Assembly (NCBI GenBank): GCA_051652765.1
Contig: JBOFUV010000054.1
Span: 1 to 37,801, forward strand
Reading direction: 5' to 3'
Source of the DNA: Microcoleaceae cyanobacterium
Lineage (GTDB): Bacteria; Cyanobacteriota; Cyanobacteriia; Cyanobacteriales; Microcoleaceae
Length of the DNA: 37,801 nucleotides
The notes beneath the pieces were generated by a model that was given only the letters and a program-made list of their open reading frames with translations, searched no databases and was not told the origin of the DNA. Position 1 is the stretch's first letter, and the number at the start of each line of letters is the position of its first letter. Shown here one piece after another: positions 18,431-29,037 of the stretch. Both the position numbers and the translations under genes were made by a program.

Positions 18431-18870
18431 ATCGAGGGTTCAAGGAGGGTTAACGTACAGAAAGGTCGAATTATTCTAAAGGCATCCCAACTTTACGCTG
18501 AATCTAGGGCTTCGTCTTTAAGTCTTTATACACAAAGATCGGATGAAATCAGCACTATGTCCTAAGAATTTTTGATAAACCTAAAAGTTTTAACAACCCT
18601 TGAAACTTTCCGCTTCTCAGACCGAACTGATCCAACCTTTCAAACCAATGCCCTTAGGTCAGCATTTTAAGTGACTCTAGGATGCTCCCCAAAGTTAAAG
18701 AAACTTCACTAAGCATTATATCAACTTAGTTAGTGGTAAGTCTCTGAACCAGTATTAAAAAATTTTAGACAGCTATAGCAATCCCAAATCAATCATAAGA
18801 AAGCAAAAGAGGCTGGGTCAACACGGGCAAGATGCCTGCCCCGTGAATGCAGGGTCATGGTCATTATCTT

Positions 18871-18913
18871 CGATTGTGAAATATCGATTGTGAAATATCA
18901 ATCGTGAAATATC
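18871..18913. repeat. 14-bp tandem repeat x3
   Basis: CGATTGTGAAATAT x2, then CAATCGTGAAATAT. Confidence 0.85.
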
Positions 18914-18981
18914 TGCTGTACGAAGCTACGATCGCTGTGCGATATTGAGAAACGCACTCGCGTCAGAGGTGTAAAGTTCCC

Positions 18982-20124
18982 TTGAAGTATGCTCTGGTTC
19001 ATGAATGGTTGACTCCCGAAGCCACTGGGGGATCAGAACTGGTTGTCAAAGAGATCTTGTCTCAGTTAGAGGCCGATGTCTATGCTTTGATTGACTTTGA
19101 GTCGAGCAATCCCCAAAGCTATCTGTTCAATCGCGCCATCGGGACGACCTTTCTACAACGCTTTCCGTTTGCCCGTGCTGGGGTGCAAAAGTACTTGCCC
19201 TTCTTGCCCCTGGCCATTGAACAGCTTGATCTCCGAGCTTATGATGTGGTCTTGTCTTCTTCCCATGCCGTGGCCAAAGGGGTCTTGACTAGTCCGCAGC
19301 AACTCCATGTCTGCTATTGTCACACCCCCATGCGCTATGCTTGGGACTTAACCTTTGACTATCTCCAAAGTTCTCGTGCCGGACAGGGAATTCAGGGTAT
19401 TCCCACCCGCTACTTGCTGCATTGGCTGCGGCAATGGGATGTAATCTCAGCCAATCGGGTGGATTATTTTATTGCCAATTCTCACCACACCGCCCAGCGG
19501 ATTTGGCGTTGTTATCGCCGCTCGGCTCGTGTTATCTATCCTCCGGTTCATCTAGAACGGTTCTGCTTTCAGCCTCAAAAGCAGGATTTTTATCTGACGG
19601 TATGTCGCTTGGTCAGTTACAAGCAAGTGAGTCTCATCGTTCGGGCCTTTAATCAGTTGGGGCGATCGCTGGTGGTGATTGGGACTGGCCCAGAGTTAGA
19701 CAAGATTCGTCAATTGGCTCAGGCCAACGTTCAGGTTCTGGGGTGGCAATCTGATGAGGTTGTGCAACAGTACATGAGTGAAGCCAAAGCTTTTGTCTAC
19801 GCTGCCTGTGAAGACTTTGGTATGGCATTAGTAGAAGCCCAAGCCTGCGGAACCCCCGTGATTGCCTATGGCGTTGGAGGGGCATTAGAAACCGTTCAGG
19901 ATATTCGGCAGTATCCAGAATCAGGCACCGGTATACTCTTTCCAGTTCAAACTGAAGCGGCGTTGATGGAGGCCGTTGAAGCCTTTGAGCAACTTGCTGG
20001 GACATTTCAACCCGAAATTTTGCGTTCCTGTGCCCACCAGTTTGACCATCACCAGTTCCACCAGCACTATTTTCTCTTTGTAGAGCAGTGTATTGAACAG
20101 TTTCAAACGGGCAAATTCAGCTAA
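18982..20124 (+). CDS. Glycosyltransferase family 4
   Basis: ALVHEWL...GGSE, SSSHAVAKG, CYCHTPMRYAW, RLVSYK and EDFGMALVEAQACGTPVIAY (EX7E). Confidence 0.93.
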   Translation: MKYALVHEWLTPEATGGSELVVKEILSQLEADVYALIDFESSNPQSYLFNRAIGTTFLQRFPFARAGVQKYLPFLPLAIEQLDLRAYDVVLSSSHAVAKGVLTSPQQLHVCYCHTPMRYAWDLTFDYLQSSRAGQGIQGIPTRYLLHWLRQWDVISANRVDYFIANSHHTAQRIWRCYRRSARVIYPPVHLERFCFQPQKQDFYLTVCRLVSYKQVSLIVRAFNQLGRSLVVIGTGPELDKIRQLAQANVQVLGWQSDEVVQQYMSEAKAFVYAACEDFGMALVEAQACGTPVIAYGVGGALETVQDIRQYPESGTGILFPVQTEAALMEAVEAFEQLAGTFQPEILRSCAHQFDHHQFHQHYFLFVEQCIEQFQTGKFS

Positions 20125-20315
20125 AATGCCTAATGATCACAGATTATTGGTGGCAACACCCGGTAATAGAACTTCACGTCTATTCTGTCGATGCTACCAA
20201 CTGTGGCCTCTGTCTCTTATCCTAAAGTTATCGTTTTAAGTAACCCAATTCTCCATATTGGGTGTCTTAACGATTTATGATCAAGACTGTGTGTGGTGTG
20301 AATTGAAGGAGTAAG

Positions 20316-21050
20316 ATGACTGCTAATAGCCAACTCATCTTTGGTAGGGGATTTCGACGTGTCCTTGTAAGGCGCAGCACTCTGCCCTTGACACAGGGAC
20401 GTGGTCGAAGTCTGTCTTTGGTTAGGAATTTAGATGGAGAGTTCTGGAAACGACTATTTGATATCCTGTTCTCTCTGTCAGTTCTCGTCCTGTTTGCTCC
20501 GGTTTATCTCTTGCTCGCATTTTTAATCGCCCTGAGTTCTCCAGGATCTGTATTTTACGTGCAGCAACGAGTCGGAAAAAACCGTCAGCTTTTCGGGTGC
20601 ATCAAATTTCGAACAATGGTCAGCAACGCTGATGAAGTGTTACATCAAATGATGGAAACTTCTCCTAATCTGCGTCAGGAATACCAGAACAACTTTAAAC
20701 TCAAGCATGATCCCCGAGTCACTTGGATTGGTCATTTTCTTCGGGTTACAAGTCTGGATGAGTTTCCTCAGTTCTGGAATGTTTTGAGGGGAGATATGAG
20801 TGTTGTGGGCCCTAGACCCCTTGTGGCCGAAGAACTGTACAAGTACGGTCGCCACATGGATAAGGTGCTGACGATTAGGCCAGGGATTACGGGGTTATGG
20901 CAGGTTTCTGGGCGGAATGACATTCCTTATCCCCGGCGGGTGCAGATCGATCTGCACTATGTCAATTTCAAAAATTTCTGGATTGACCTGTGGATTGTCA
21001 TAAAAACGGTTGGTGTTGTGATCTTTCCGAAAAATAATGGGGCTTACTAG
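20316..21050 (+). CDS. Priming sugar transferase (Bac_transf; HepC-like)
   Basis: KRLFDI, single TM, KFRTM, DPRVT.IG.FLR.TSLDEFPQFWNVL.GDMSVVGPRP and RPGITGLWQVSGR. Confidence 0.93.
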   Translation: MTANSQLIFGRGFRRVLVRRSTLPLTQGRGRSLSLVRNLDGEFWKRLFDILFSLSVLVLFAPVYLLLAFLIALSSPGSVFYVQQRVGKNRQLFGCIKFRTMVSNADEVLHQMMETSPNLRQEYQNNFKLKHDPRVTWIGHFLRVTSLDEFPQFWNVLRGDMSVVGPRPLVAEELYKYGRHMDKVLTIRPGITGLWQVSGRNDIPYPRRVQIDLHYVNFKNFWIDLWIVIKTVGVVIFPKNNGAY

Positions 21051-21056
21051 TCGTCT

Positions 21057-21092
21057 TTGGAACAGAGTTTGAAGTGGCGAACTCTGTTCCAA
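21057..21092 (+). terminator. Strong hairpin after the sugar transferase gene (terminator or 3' stabiliser)
   Basis: 13-bp perfect stem TTGGAACAGAGTT / AACTCTGTTCCAA; no clear U-tract. Confidence 0.5.
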
Positions 21093-21518
21093 GATGAAAC
21101 AAACTCGCTAAGCTTTCCTAGATTAAACCTTTAATGTCCTACAGCCCTTTAAAACCAGCTCTTTGAAACTAGCTCTTTGAAAAGAAGGAAATAGCTGCAA
21201 GGCCGAGTCTGCTTTGCCAGGTATTTTGTTTTTAAAGACAAGAATGTTAGAGTTACCAAAGTCTTCTCCTCACTTTACGATCGACGGATACACTTTGTAG
21301 AAGTCAATTGCTTGCATGTTTTCTAATCACAATCAACTCGGGTTGCTAAGGGGGAACGGCAAGGGATAAGGCTGAATAAGCGCACTGATCGACTTTGTAC
21401 CTGTTTTTGCACAGGGTTTCAGAGGAGTGAAGTGCATAATGGAGGGTGATACTTGGCATTCGCTCCGGTAGGTAGTGATTTGCTAATTAGTCTAGTAACC
21501 ACTGAGAGATAGATTCAA

Positions 21519-22547
21519 ATGACAGAACGGAAACGTGCCTTAATTACAGGAATTACGGGGCAAGATGGTTCGTATTTAAGCGAACTGTTGTTGGAGGAGG
21601 ACTATGAGGTTCACGGTATTATTCGTCGCAGTTCATGTTTCAACACTGACCGAATTGACCATCTCTACAAAGATCCCCATAACCCCGATGCTCGGTTGTT
21701 TTTGCATTACGGAGATTTGACGGATGGAACAACCCTGCGTCGGATTCTTGAGGCGGTTAAGCCCACGGAAATTTTTAATTTAGGCGCTCAGTCTCACGTT
21801 CGAGTCAGTTTTGACTCGCCCGAGTATACTGTCGATGCCGTTGGCATGGGGGTACTCCGTCTCCTAGAAGCAATTCGAGACTATCAACAGCGAACTGGGA
21901 TTGAAGTCCGTTTTTACCAAGCCGGGTCTTCTGAAATGTTTGGCAAGGTTGTTGAGGTTCCACAAAAAGAAACAACCCCGTTCTACCCTCGCAGTCCCTA
22001 CGCCTGTGCCAAAGTCTATGGTCATTGGCAAACAGTGAACTATCGTGAATCCTATGGTCTATTTGCCTGTAATGGAATTCTATTCAACCATGAGAGTCCT
22101 CGACGGGGTGAAACCTTCGTCACCCGGAAAATTACACGAGCAGTTGCTCGAATTGCGACCGGAAGACAGAAAGAGATCTACATGGGGAACCTTGACTCGA
22201 AACGAGACTGGGGCTACGCAAAAGACTATGTGCGAGCCATGTGGCTGATGCTACAACAGGAATCCCCCGATGACTACGTCGTTGCAACCAATGAAACCCA
22301 CTCTGTTCGTGAGTTTTTGGAAATCGCTTTTGGCTGTGTCAATCTGAATTGGCAAGACTATGTCAAGTTTGACGAACGTTATCTTCGTCCTGCAGAGGTT
22401 GATCTGTTGATTGGCGATTCTAGTAAAGCTAGAGAAAAACTGGGATGGGAACCGAGCATAACTTTTGAAGAATTAGTCAAGCTCATGGTTAATTCGGACT
22501 TGAAAGCGGTAGAAGCGATCAAAGAACTGGGCAATGGATTCGATTAG
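21519..22547 (+). CDS. gmd: GDP-mannose 4,6-dehydratase
   Basis: [52 protein letters not shown] and RDWGYA. Confidence 0.98.
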   Translation: MTERKRALITGITGQDGSYLSELLLEEDYEVHGIIRRSSCFNTDRIDHLYKDPHNPDARLFLHYGDLTDGTTLRRILEAVKPTEIFNLGAQSHVRVSFDSPEYTVDAVGMGVLRLLEAIRDYQQRTGIEVRFYQAGSSEMFGKVVEVPQKETTPFYPRSPYACAKVYGHWQTVNYRESYGLFACNGILFNHESPRRGETFVTRKITRAVARIATGRQKEIYMGNLDSKRDWGYAKDYVRAMWLMLQQESPDDYVVATNETHSVREFLEIAFGCVNLNWQDYVKFDERYLRPAEVDLLIGDSSKAREKLGWEPSITFEELVKLMVNSDLKAVEAIKELGNGFD

Positions 22548-22585
22548 GCATTCTCGATTAGGCATTTCCTCACCGAGGTTAAAGT

Positions 22586-23554
22586 ATGGATTCACTCAAT
22601 TTACAAGACAAACTACAAGACAAACGAATTCTCGTCACAGGTGGAGCGGGGTTTCTCGGTCGTCAAGTTGTTGATCAACTTTGTAGAGCCGGAGCTGATC
22701 TGGCAAAGATTACAATTCCTCGTTCTCGAGATTATGATCTTTGTTCCCTAGAGGCTTGTCAACGGGCAGTCGAGCAGCAGGATATTGTTGTTCATTTGGC
22801 AGCCCATGTTGGGGGGATTGGTCTCAACCAGGTCAAGCCTGCTGAGTTGTTCTATGACAACTTGATGATGGGAGCACAATTGATTCACTCTGCCTATCAC
22901 GCTGGAGTGCAAAAGTTTGTTTGTGTTGGCACGATTTGTGCCTATCCTAAATTTACCCCTGTCCCTTTCAAGGAAGATGATCTGTGGGAAGGATACCCAG
23001 AGGAAACAAACGCGCCCTACGGAATCGCCAAGAAGGCTCTTTTGGTGCAACTTCAGGCTTATCGTCAGCAATATGGGTTCAATGGAGTCTATCTTTTACC
23101 CGTGAATCTCTATGGCCCAGAGGACAACTTTAACCCGAAAAGCTCCCATGTTATTCCGGCTCTAATTCGTAAAGTTTATGAGGCTCAAGTTCGAGGGGAC
23201 AAGGAACTGCCCGTTTGGGGAGATGGCAGCCCGAGTCGAGAGTTTCTTTACTCCACTGATGCCGCTCGGGGAATTGTGATGGCAACTCAACACTACAATC
23301 AACCCGATGCTGTAAATTTGGGGACTAACCAAGAAATCACGATTCGAGACTTGGTCGAGCTGATTTGTGAACTCATGGATTTCCAGGGAGAGATTGTTTG
23401 GCAAACCGATAAGCCCAATGGACAACCTCGCCGTTGTCTTGACACCCAACGGGCCAAGGATCAGTTTGGCTTTGTGGCTGAGGTCGATTTTCGGCAAGGC
23501 TTAAAGAATACGATTGATTGGTATCGCCAACATCCTGATGTAATCGCCGCGTGA
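22586..23554 (+). CDS. fcl: GDP-L-fucose synthase
   Basis: [46 protein letters not shown] and [12 protein letters not shown]; follows gmd. Confidence 0.95.
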   Translation: MDSLNLQDKLQDKRILVTGGAGFLGRQVVDQLCRAGADLAKITIPRSRDYDLCSLEACQRAVEQQDIVVHLAAHVGGIGLNQVKPAELFYDNLMMGAQLIHSAYHAGVQKFVCVGTICAYPKFTPVPFKEDDLWEGYPEETNAPYGIAKKALLVQLQAYRQQYGFNGVYLLPVNLYGPEDNFNPKSSHVIPALIRKVYEAQVRGDKELPVWGDGSPSREFLYSTDAARGIVMATQHYNQPDAVNLGTNQEITIRDLVELICELMDFQGEIVWQTDKPNGQPRRCLDTQRAKDQFGFVAEVDFRQGLKNTIDWYRQHPDVIAA

Positions 23555-23568
23555 ATCCAATCGCGGCG
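23545..23568. terminator. GC hairpin between convergent fcl and pyk
   Basis: CGCCGCG-N10-CGCGGCG. Confidence 0.4.
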
Positions 23569-23578
23569 CGGTATTCTG

Positions 23579-25369
23579 CTAAGGAGAATCCCCTGGGTTG
23601 CTTGTTGTTCCAGATCCTGCATAGACAACTCCCCGTTGCAGATCCAGAGTAAGAATCACTCCATTGCGAATCACACGGGTTGCATTCTTGACTCCCACTA
23701 CAACAGGTACCCCTAGCCGTAGTCCAATCACTGCGGCATGGCTTGTTAAGCTATCTGCCTCTGTAATAATGCCTTTTGCCTTCCGCATGATCTCAACAAA
23801 GTCAGCATTGGTTTGGGGTGTTACCAGAATCTCCCCTTCAACAAAGTTGCCTAGTTCTCCGGCTGTCGAAGCCACTCTAGCCCGTCCTGTGACGAGGCCC
23901 TGACCCACTGCAGTTCCCCGACCGAGTTCAGCAGTGACAACTTCTACTTTAACGAGATCAGTCGATCCCGCAACACCTTGTAATGTCCCGGCGGTCATGA
24001 CGATTAAGTCACCGTCCGCTACCATATTTCTTTCGCGGGCCACGTTGACCGCAGACTGGAAGGTTTGATCTGTTGAAGGCAAATCCAATACCAACAAGGG
24101 TTTCACCCCCCAAACCAGGCTCAACTGACGGGCCACATCTACATGGGGGGTGATTGCTAAAATTGGGGTACGGGGGCGGAACTTTGAGACATTGCGAGCG
24201 GTAGCCCCGGTTTTGGTCAAGGTCATAATCGCTGCCGCATCCAACTGTTCGGCAATTTGTCCGACAGCTTGACTAATCGCATTGGGAATTGAACGTCCGA
24301 TGTACCCTGGACTTGAGGATGATTTAGAAGCAATTCCCTCCTTTTCAATCCGAGTTGCAATTCGGGCCATCGTTGCCACTGCCTCAACAGGATATTTGCC
24401 CACAGCCGTTTCGTTGGACAACATCACCGCATCGGTGCCGTCTAGAATGGCGTTGGCCACGTCGGAGATTTCGGCCCGAGTTGGGCGGGGATTGTTCACC
24501 ATGCTGTCCAACATCTGAGTTGCTGTGATCACCGGAATCCCCATGCGGTTTGCGGTTAAGATCAGGCGCTTTTGTAGAATCGGCACATCCTCAGCGGGCA
24601 ACTCTACTCCCAAATCTCCTCGGGCCACCATGACCCCATTACACAGGGCGAGAATTTCTTCCATTTGTTCAATGGCTTCATGTTTCTCAATTTTGGCGAT
24701 GACCGGAACCCGCTTGCCTGCCGTTGCAATCAGTTCTTTGATTTCCAGAATATCCTGGGGGTTGCGGACAAAACTCAGGGCTACCCAGTCTACTCCCTGA
24801 TCAAGACCAAAAATTAAATCCTTGCGATCCTTGTCGGTTAGGGCTTTGATTGAGAGATAAACCCCAGGAAAGTTAACCCCTTTGCTGTTCGACAGTGGCC
24901 CCCCAACCACAACTCGGCAGTGTAACTCCCGGGTCTCTCGATCGATTCTTTCGGCCTGCATTTCTACTTTGCCGTCATCAAGCAGAATGATTGCTCCCTC
25001 TGGAACTTCATCGGCTAGAGGTTCGTAGGTGACTGAGGAAATTTCTTGGGTTCCCGGGAGGGGATGACTGGTCAGAATAAAAGAATCGCCGCGATTCAGC
25101 ACGATTGAACCATTTTCAAACTTCCCTAAGCGAATCTTCGGGCCTTGCAAGTCTTGTAAAATCCCTACAGGTCGATTCAACTCAAAAGAAATCTGACGGA
25201 TGGTGCGAATATTTCGTTGGTGATCCTCATGGGTTCCGTGAGAAAAATTGAGTCGTAACGTGGTTGCTCCGGCTTCAATTAACGCCCGCAGAACGTCAGG
25301 ATGCTGTGTAGCAGGGCCGATCGTGGCAACAATTTTGGTTCGGTGCATTAGTTCAGGAGTTCCCATCAA
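23579..25369 (-). CDS. pyk: Pyruvate kinase with C-terminal PEP-utiliser (swivel) domain
   Basis: RTKIVATIGP, RLNFSHG, DLQGPKIR, IAKIE, MVARGDLGVE, ATQMLDSM and MLSNETAVG; C-terminal SHAAVIGLRLGVP. Exact start uncertain. Confidence 0.97.
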   Translation of the reverse strand: MMGTPELMHRTKIVATIGPATQHPDVLRALIEAGATTLRLNFSHGTHEDHQRNIRTIRQISFELNRPVGILQDLQGPKIRLGKFENGSIVLNRGDSFILTSHPLPGTQEISSVTYEPLADEVPEGAIILLDDGKVEMQAERIDRETRELHCRVVVGGPLSNSKGVNFPGVYLSIKALTDKDRKDLIFGLDQGVDWVALSFVRNPQDILEIKELIATAGKRVPVIAKIEKHEAIEQMEEILALCNGVMVARGDLGVELPAEDVPILQKRLILTANRMGIPVITATQMLDSMVNNPRPTRAEISDVANAILDGTDAVMLSNETAVGKYPVEAVATMARIATRIEKEGIASKSSSSPGYIGRSIPNAISQAVGQIAEQLDAAAIMTLTKTGATARNVSKFRPRTPILAITPHVDVARQLSLVWGVKPLLVLDLPSTDQTFQSAVNVARERNMVADGDLIVMTAGTLQGVAGSTDLVKVEVVTAELGRGTAVGQGLVTGRARVASTAGELGNFVEGEILVTPQTNADFVEIMRKAKGIITEADSLTSHAAVIGLRLGVPVVVGVKNATRVIRNGVILTLDLQRGVVYAGSGTTSNPGDSP

Positions 25370-25446
25370 TCTGAATCCAAAGACAAACTAGGGCTAATTC
25401 GAGGCTTAAGCAACCATCATACCGAAGCCCATGAACAGATCGGGTA

Positions 25447-25538
25447 ATTTGTTCAGAAAGATTTGTTTGAAGGATTTGTTTGAAAGATTTGTTCAGCAAG
25501 ATTTGTTCAGCAAGATTTATCTGAAGGATTTGTTCAGA
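25447..25538. repeat. 13-14 bp tandem repeat, about 7 copies, upstream of pyk
   Basis: ATTTGTTCAG(A/C)AAG and ATTTGTTTGAA(A/G)G variants in tandem. Confidence 0.9.
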
Positions 25539-25820
25539 ACGAGAACGGAAAAGCCATGCCCTCAATTCTGAAGACCTGTTCTCAACAGACCCTGAATTGA
25601 ACCAGTTTGCCAAGTGTCTGTAATCACCGCTGCAATATCCACCTTAAACTTTTTCCGGAAATCCATCTGCATCAAGCCTTACAACGGTTTAGGATGGATG
25701 GCAGTCAGGTCAAATACAAGGCTCGCTGTTGTAGCGCTTGAGGGAGTATCACGAACCGTGCTGACTATAACAGATGCGCTGCGTAGAGTAGGAGTGTAGT
25801 GTTCAAAGCCCCTCACCATC

Positions 25821-26270
25821 ATGACTTCCAGACTCCGTGCTCTACTCATTGCAACCTTACTTCCCTGCATTTCCGCCTTCATCATTCCTCAGAGTGCCCA
25901 AGCGAATCCAATGAGTAATGGGAATACAGATATTTTTGTTCTAGATGCAAACCAAGCCACGAATAACCCACGTCAAGCCACGGTGATTGCTGATTTTGAT
26001 TGGTTCAAGGATGGAGACAAAATCGGCCTCGCAAATGGCCTGACAGAAGCCGATCTAGACTACAGAGAGCGGGTTGACTTTGATCAAGATGGGATGCAAG
26101 ATGATGCTGTGATCAAGTTAAAATCCAGCCAGGAAATCTTAGCCATTGTGTTAGATGCGGATGATTTTGTTCTGGCCGGGGAATTTTTCTCGATGGCTGC
26201 TAACGAACAGCCTGTAGCTTGTCTGCAAAAAGCAAATGTTGCAGCGTGCAAGACTTCTGCTCCCAGGTAA
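25821..26270 (+). CDS. Small exported protein resembling the C-terminal domain of cyanobacterial RTX proteins
   Basis: Sec signal (LLIATLLPCISAFII..AQA); DIFVL, VIADFD, DKIGLANGLTEADL and EILAIV; DxDxDG motif. Confidence 0.65.
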   Translation: MTSRLRALLIATLLPCISAFIIPQSAQANPMSNGNTDIFVLDANQATNNPRQATVIADFDWFKDGDKIGLANGLTEADLDYRERVDFDQDGMQDDAVIKLKSSQEILAIVLDADDFVLAGEFFSMAANEQPVACLQKANVAACKTSAPR

Positions 26271-26420
26271 GCTCAGACTTAACGAGCTAACTGAGCTAAC
26301 TCTGATTTCTAGCTGGTACTTTCGATTGACACCTTCAATTGACACCTTCAATTGGCGCTAGACTAGGAATAGAAATTTTTCGTGATTTCTACAGTCCTTA
26401 ATTTAATTTAAAACCTCAGA

Positions 26421-27470
26421 ATGGCTTCGGTTCTTACCCAGGTTTATCCCGTGATTTGGCAGGGCGATCGCGTTCTTCTCATTGATCAAACTCGCTTGCC
26501 CGAAGAGTATACCCGCGTTGAGGTCAGCCGCTCCGAAGATATGGCCCGTGCGATTAAGACAATGGTTGTGCGAGGTGCGCCTGCAATTGGAATTGCGGCA
26601 GCCTATGGGATGTACTTGGGAGCCAGAGAAATTCAGACTTTAGATCGACCAAGTTTTTTAAGTCAACTTGAGACCGTAGCCGCCGAACTCCGCAATACCC
26701 GCCCCACAGCCGTTAATCTATTCTGGGCAATTGACCGCATGTTCAAGGTGGCTCAGTCTACCTTCGGTTCAGTGGAGCAGATTCAGCAAGCCCTATTAGA
26801 AACGGCAAAAGCCATCCAAACAGAAGACTTACAGACTTGTCAGGCGATTGGCAACCATGGCCTCCAAGCTCTGCCTCAAACTCCAGAAAAATTAAATATT
26901 CTCACCCATTGCAATACAGGTTCCCTGGCAACAGGAGGCTATGGAACGGCGTTGGGGGTGATTCGTTCCGCTTGGCAAGGGGAACGGCTAAACCGGGTCT
27001 ATGCCGATGAAACCCGTCCTCGGCTTCAGGGGGCAAAGCTAACGACTTGGGAGTGCGTTCAGGATCACATTCCTGTGACCTTGATTACGGATAGCATGGC
27101 GGCTCACTGCATGAAACAGGGTATGATTCATGCCGTTATTGTGGGCGCAGATCGGGTTACAGCCAATGGTGATACTGCCAATAAAATTGGCACTTATAGT
27201 TTGGCGTTAGTGGCTAGAGCCCATCAAGTTCCGTTTTTTGTGGCCGCGCCTTTGTCCACGGTTGACTTCAAGCTCGAATCGGGCAATGAAATCCCCATTG
27301 AGGAACGGGATCCGACAGAGCTTTATCAAGTCGGAAAAACTCGCCTTTGTCCTGAGGGAGTTGATTTTTACAATCCTGCTTTTGATGTCACTCCGGCTGA
27401 ACTGATCACGGCAATTATCACTGAGTCTGGAGCAGTTCCTCCCCAAAATCTTAAGCAGTTTCAGACTTAG
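26421..27470 (+). CDS. mtnA: S-methyl-5-thioribose-1-phosphate isomerase
   Basis: [65 protein letters not shown] and NPAFDVTP. Confidence 0.97.
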   Translation: MASVLTQVYPVIWQGDRVLLIDQTRLPEEYTRVEVSRSEDMARAIKTMVVRGAPAIGIAAAYGMYLGAREIQTLDRPSFLSQLETVAAELRNTRPTAVNLFWAIDRMFKVAQSTFGSVEQIQQALLETAKAIQTEDLQTCQAIGNHGLQALPQTPEKLNILTHCNTGSLATGGYGTALGVIRSAWQGERLNRVYADETRPRLQGAKLTTWECVQDHIPVTLITDSMAAHCMKQGMIHAVIVGADRVTANGDTANKIGTYSLALVARAHQVPFFVAAPLSTVDFKLESGNEIPIEERDPTELYQVGKTRLCPEGVDFYNPAFDVTPAELITAIITESGAVPPQNLKQFQT

Positions 27471-28726
27471 GTTGATTCTGTTTCACGGTTCGTGGTCAGG
27501 GGAAGGATAATCGTAAATTCAGTTCCTTCTCCGGGTTGAGAACTACAGGTAAATTTTCCGGCGTGGTTGTTAACAATAATCCGATGGCTAATGTCTAGTC
27601 CAATCCCTACCCCAGATCCCAAAGGCTTAGTGGTGAAGAAGGGATCAAAAATTCTGTCTTGAATCTCTAAGGGAATGCCAACACCGTTGTCTTTGATGTG
27701 AATTTCAACACTGGGTTGATTCAATTCTGTCTGGGCAGATTTTGTTTGCAGCCAAATGGTTGGTTCTTCGGAAGATTCCTGCAAGCGTCGAGATTCTAGT
27801 GCCTCAACTGCATTTCTTAAGATGTTCAGAAACGCTTGGTTTAATTGTCCAGGATAGCCTTGAAGTTCGGGCAGTCTCTCATAATCTTTGATAACTTGAA
27901 TTCGCCGACCTTTTTTGCCTTTCAGATGACCTTGAAGAATCAACAAAATATCCTCTAAGCTACTCTGAATATCAATAAACTTTTGTTCGGAATCATCCAG
28001 TTGATAAAAGTTTTTTAGGGACTGAACCAGTTGACGAATCCGTTCTGTTGCAGTTTTCATCGAGTTGATCACCTGGGGCAAATCTTCGATCAAAAACTCC
28101 AGATCAATTTCTTCAATACGCTCTTGAATTGCTGGGGTAGATTTAGGAAATGCTTCTCCATAGAGTTCAATCAGATCAATCAAATCTTGAACATAGTCAG
28201 ACACATGACTAACATTCCCTTTGATAACCGAAACTGGGTTGTTAATTTCGTGGACGATGCCAGAGACCATTTGCCCAAGACTAGACATTTTCTCGTTTTG
28301 GATTAACTGCTGAGTCATTCGTTGTAACTGGCTAGATTCTTGTCGCAAAGATTGAGCTAGATGACGAGTTCGGAGGCTGGACTGGATTCGCCATAATACT
28401 TCTTCATTGCTGGCTGAGTCGATGATCCAATCATCAGCGAGAGTTGTGATGACTTGAAATTGACTTTGCAACTGCTCTAACGGAGCAATCAAAATACAGA
28501 ATATTGCCGCGAGTTGAGGAAGAGATTTAACTTTTTGCAGAAGGGAGAGGCTATCCAGCTTGACCGATCCTGAAACACAGATCAGCAGTGCTGGAGGATG
28601 CTGACTCATTTGTTCTAGGGCTGAGGTTTCCTGATCGGCAAATTCAATGTGATGCCCCTGACCAATCAGCAGAGGTTGCCAACTTAGATCAGCAGCATCC
28701 TCTTTAACCAGAAGAATAGTAGCCAT
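27467..28726 (-). CDS. Histidine kinase with N-terminal degenerate receiver domain
   Basis: [47 protein letters not shown] and GVGIGL. N-terminus ILLVKED...PPALLIC. Confidence 0.9.
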   Translation of the reverse strand: MATILLVKEDAADLSWQPLLIGQGHHIEFADQETSALEQMSQHPPALLICVSGSVKLDSLSLLQKVKSLPQLAAIFCILIAPLEQLQSQFQVITTLADDWIIDSASNEEVLWRIQSSLRTRHLAQSLRQESSQLQRMTQQLIQNEKMSSLGQMVSGIVHEINNPVSVIKGNVSHVSDYVQDLIDLIELYGEAFPKSTPAIQERIEEIDLEFLIEDLPQVINSMKTATERIRQLVQSLKNFYQLDDSEQKFIDIQSSLEDILLILQGHLKGKKGRRIQVIKDYERLPELQGYPGQLNQAFLNILRNAVEALESRRLQESSEEPTIWLQTKSAQTELNQPSVEIHIKDNGVGIPLEIQDRIFDPFFTTKPLGSGVGIGLDISHRIIVNNHAGKFTCSSQPGEGTEFTIILPLTTNRETEST

Positions 28727-29037
28727 AATCTAGAGATTTGTGTTCTCTACGAGAGATTAACAGGAAAATCCAAGCTTGATTCTAGGATCTGACCTTAGAA
28801 TTCAGCTTTAGAGCTTAGCTTTGTAGGGTTACTTTCAGGACTGACTCTTCCTAAGAGTAACCCATCCTTGCAATCTATTTTTTATTTTAAGTGCCTCAAG
28901 GTGCCAGCCCAGCTTTCCAGGAATAGAAAGCCACAATTTGTCATCCGTAGAAAGTTCATTAGTGGACAGACATACGTTATTTTTGTATGAGTGGTTCAGC
29001 GTGCTACAACTCTAGAGGAGTTCTGGAGGGCAGATTA

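Noticed and set aside
10865..21050. HetZ-related and HepC-like genes as evidence of a heterocyst-forming organism
   Set aside because: Both families also occur in non-heterocystous cyanobacteria.
23579..23900. PEP-utiliser domain on pyruvate kinase as a novel fusion
   Set aside because: This is a known architecture in cyanobacteria and Bacillota.
25447..25538. Tandem arrays (also 13036-13100) as mini-CRISPR arrays
   Set aside because: Units are 13-14 bp and directly adjacent with no unique spacers; no cas genes are present.
25650..25695. TTTTCCGGAAAT upstream of the RTX-tail-like gene as a third sigma-motif copy
   Set aside because: It lacks CWGAAAC and AGAAC at the required spacing.
25353..25885. 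Short ORFs in the pyk upstream region
   Set aside because: One translates the tandem repeat; none shows recognisable protein features.
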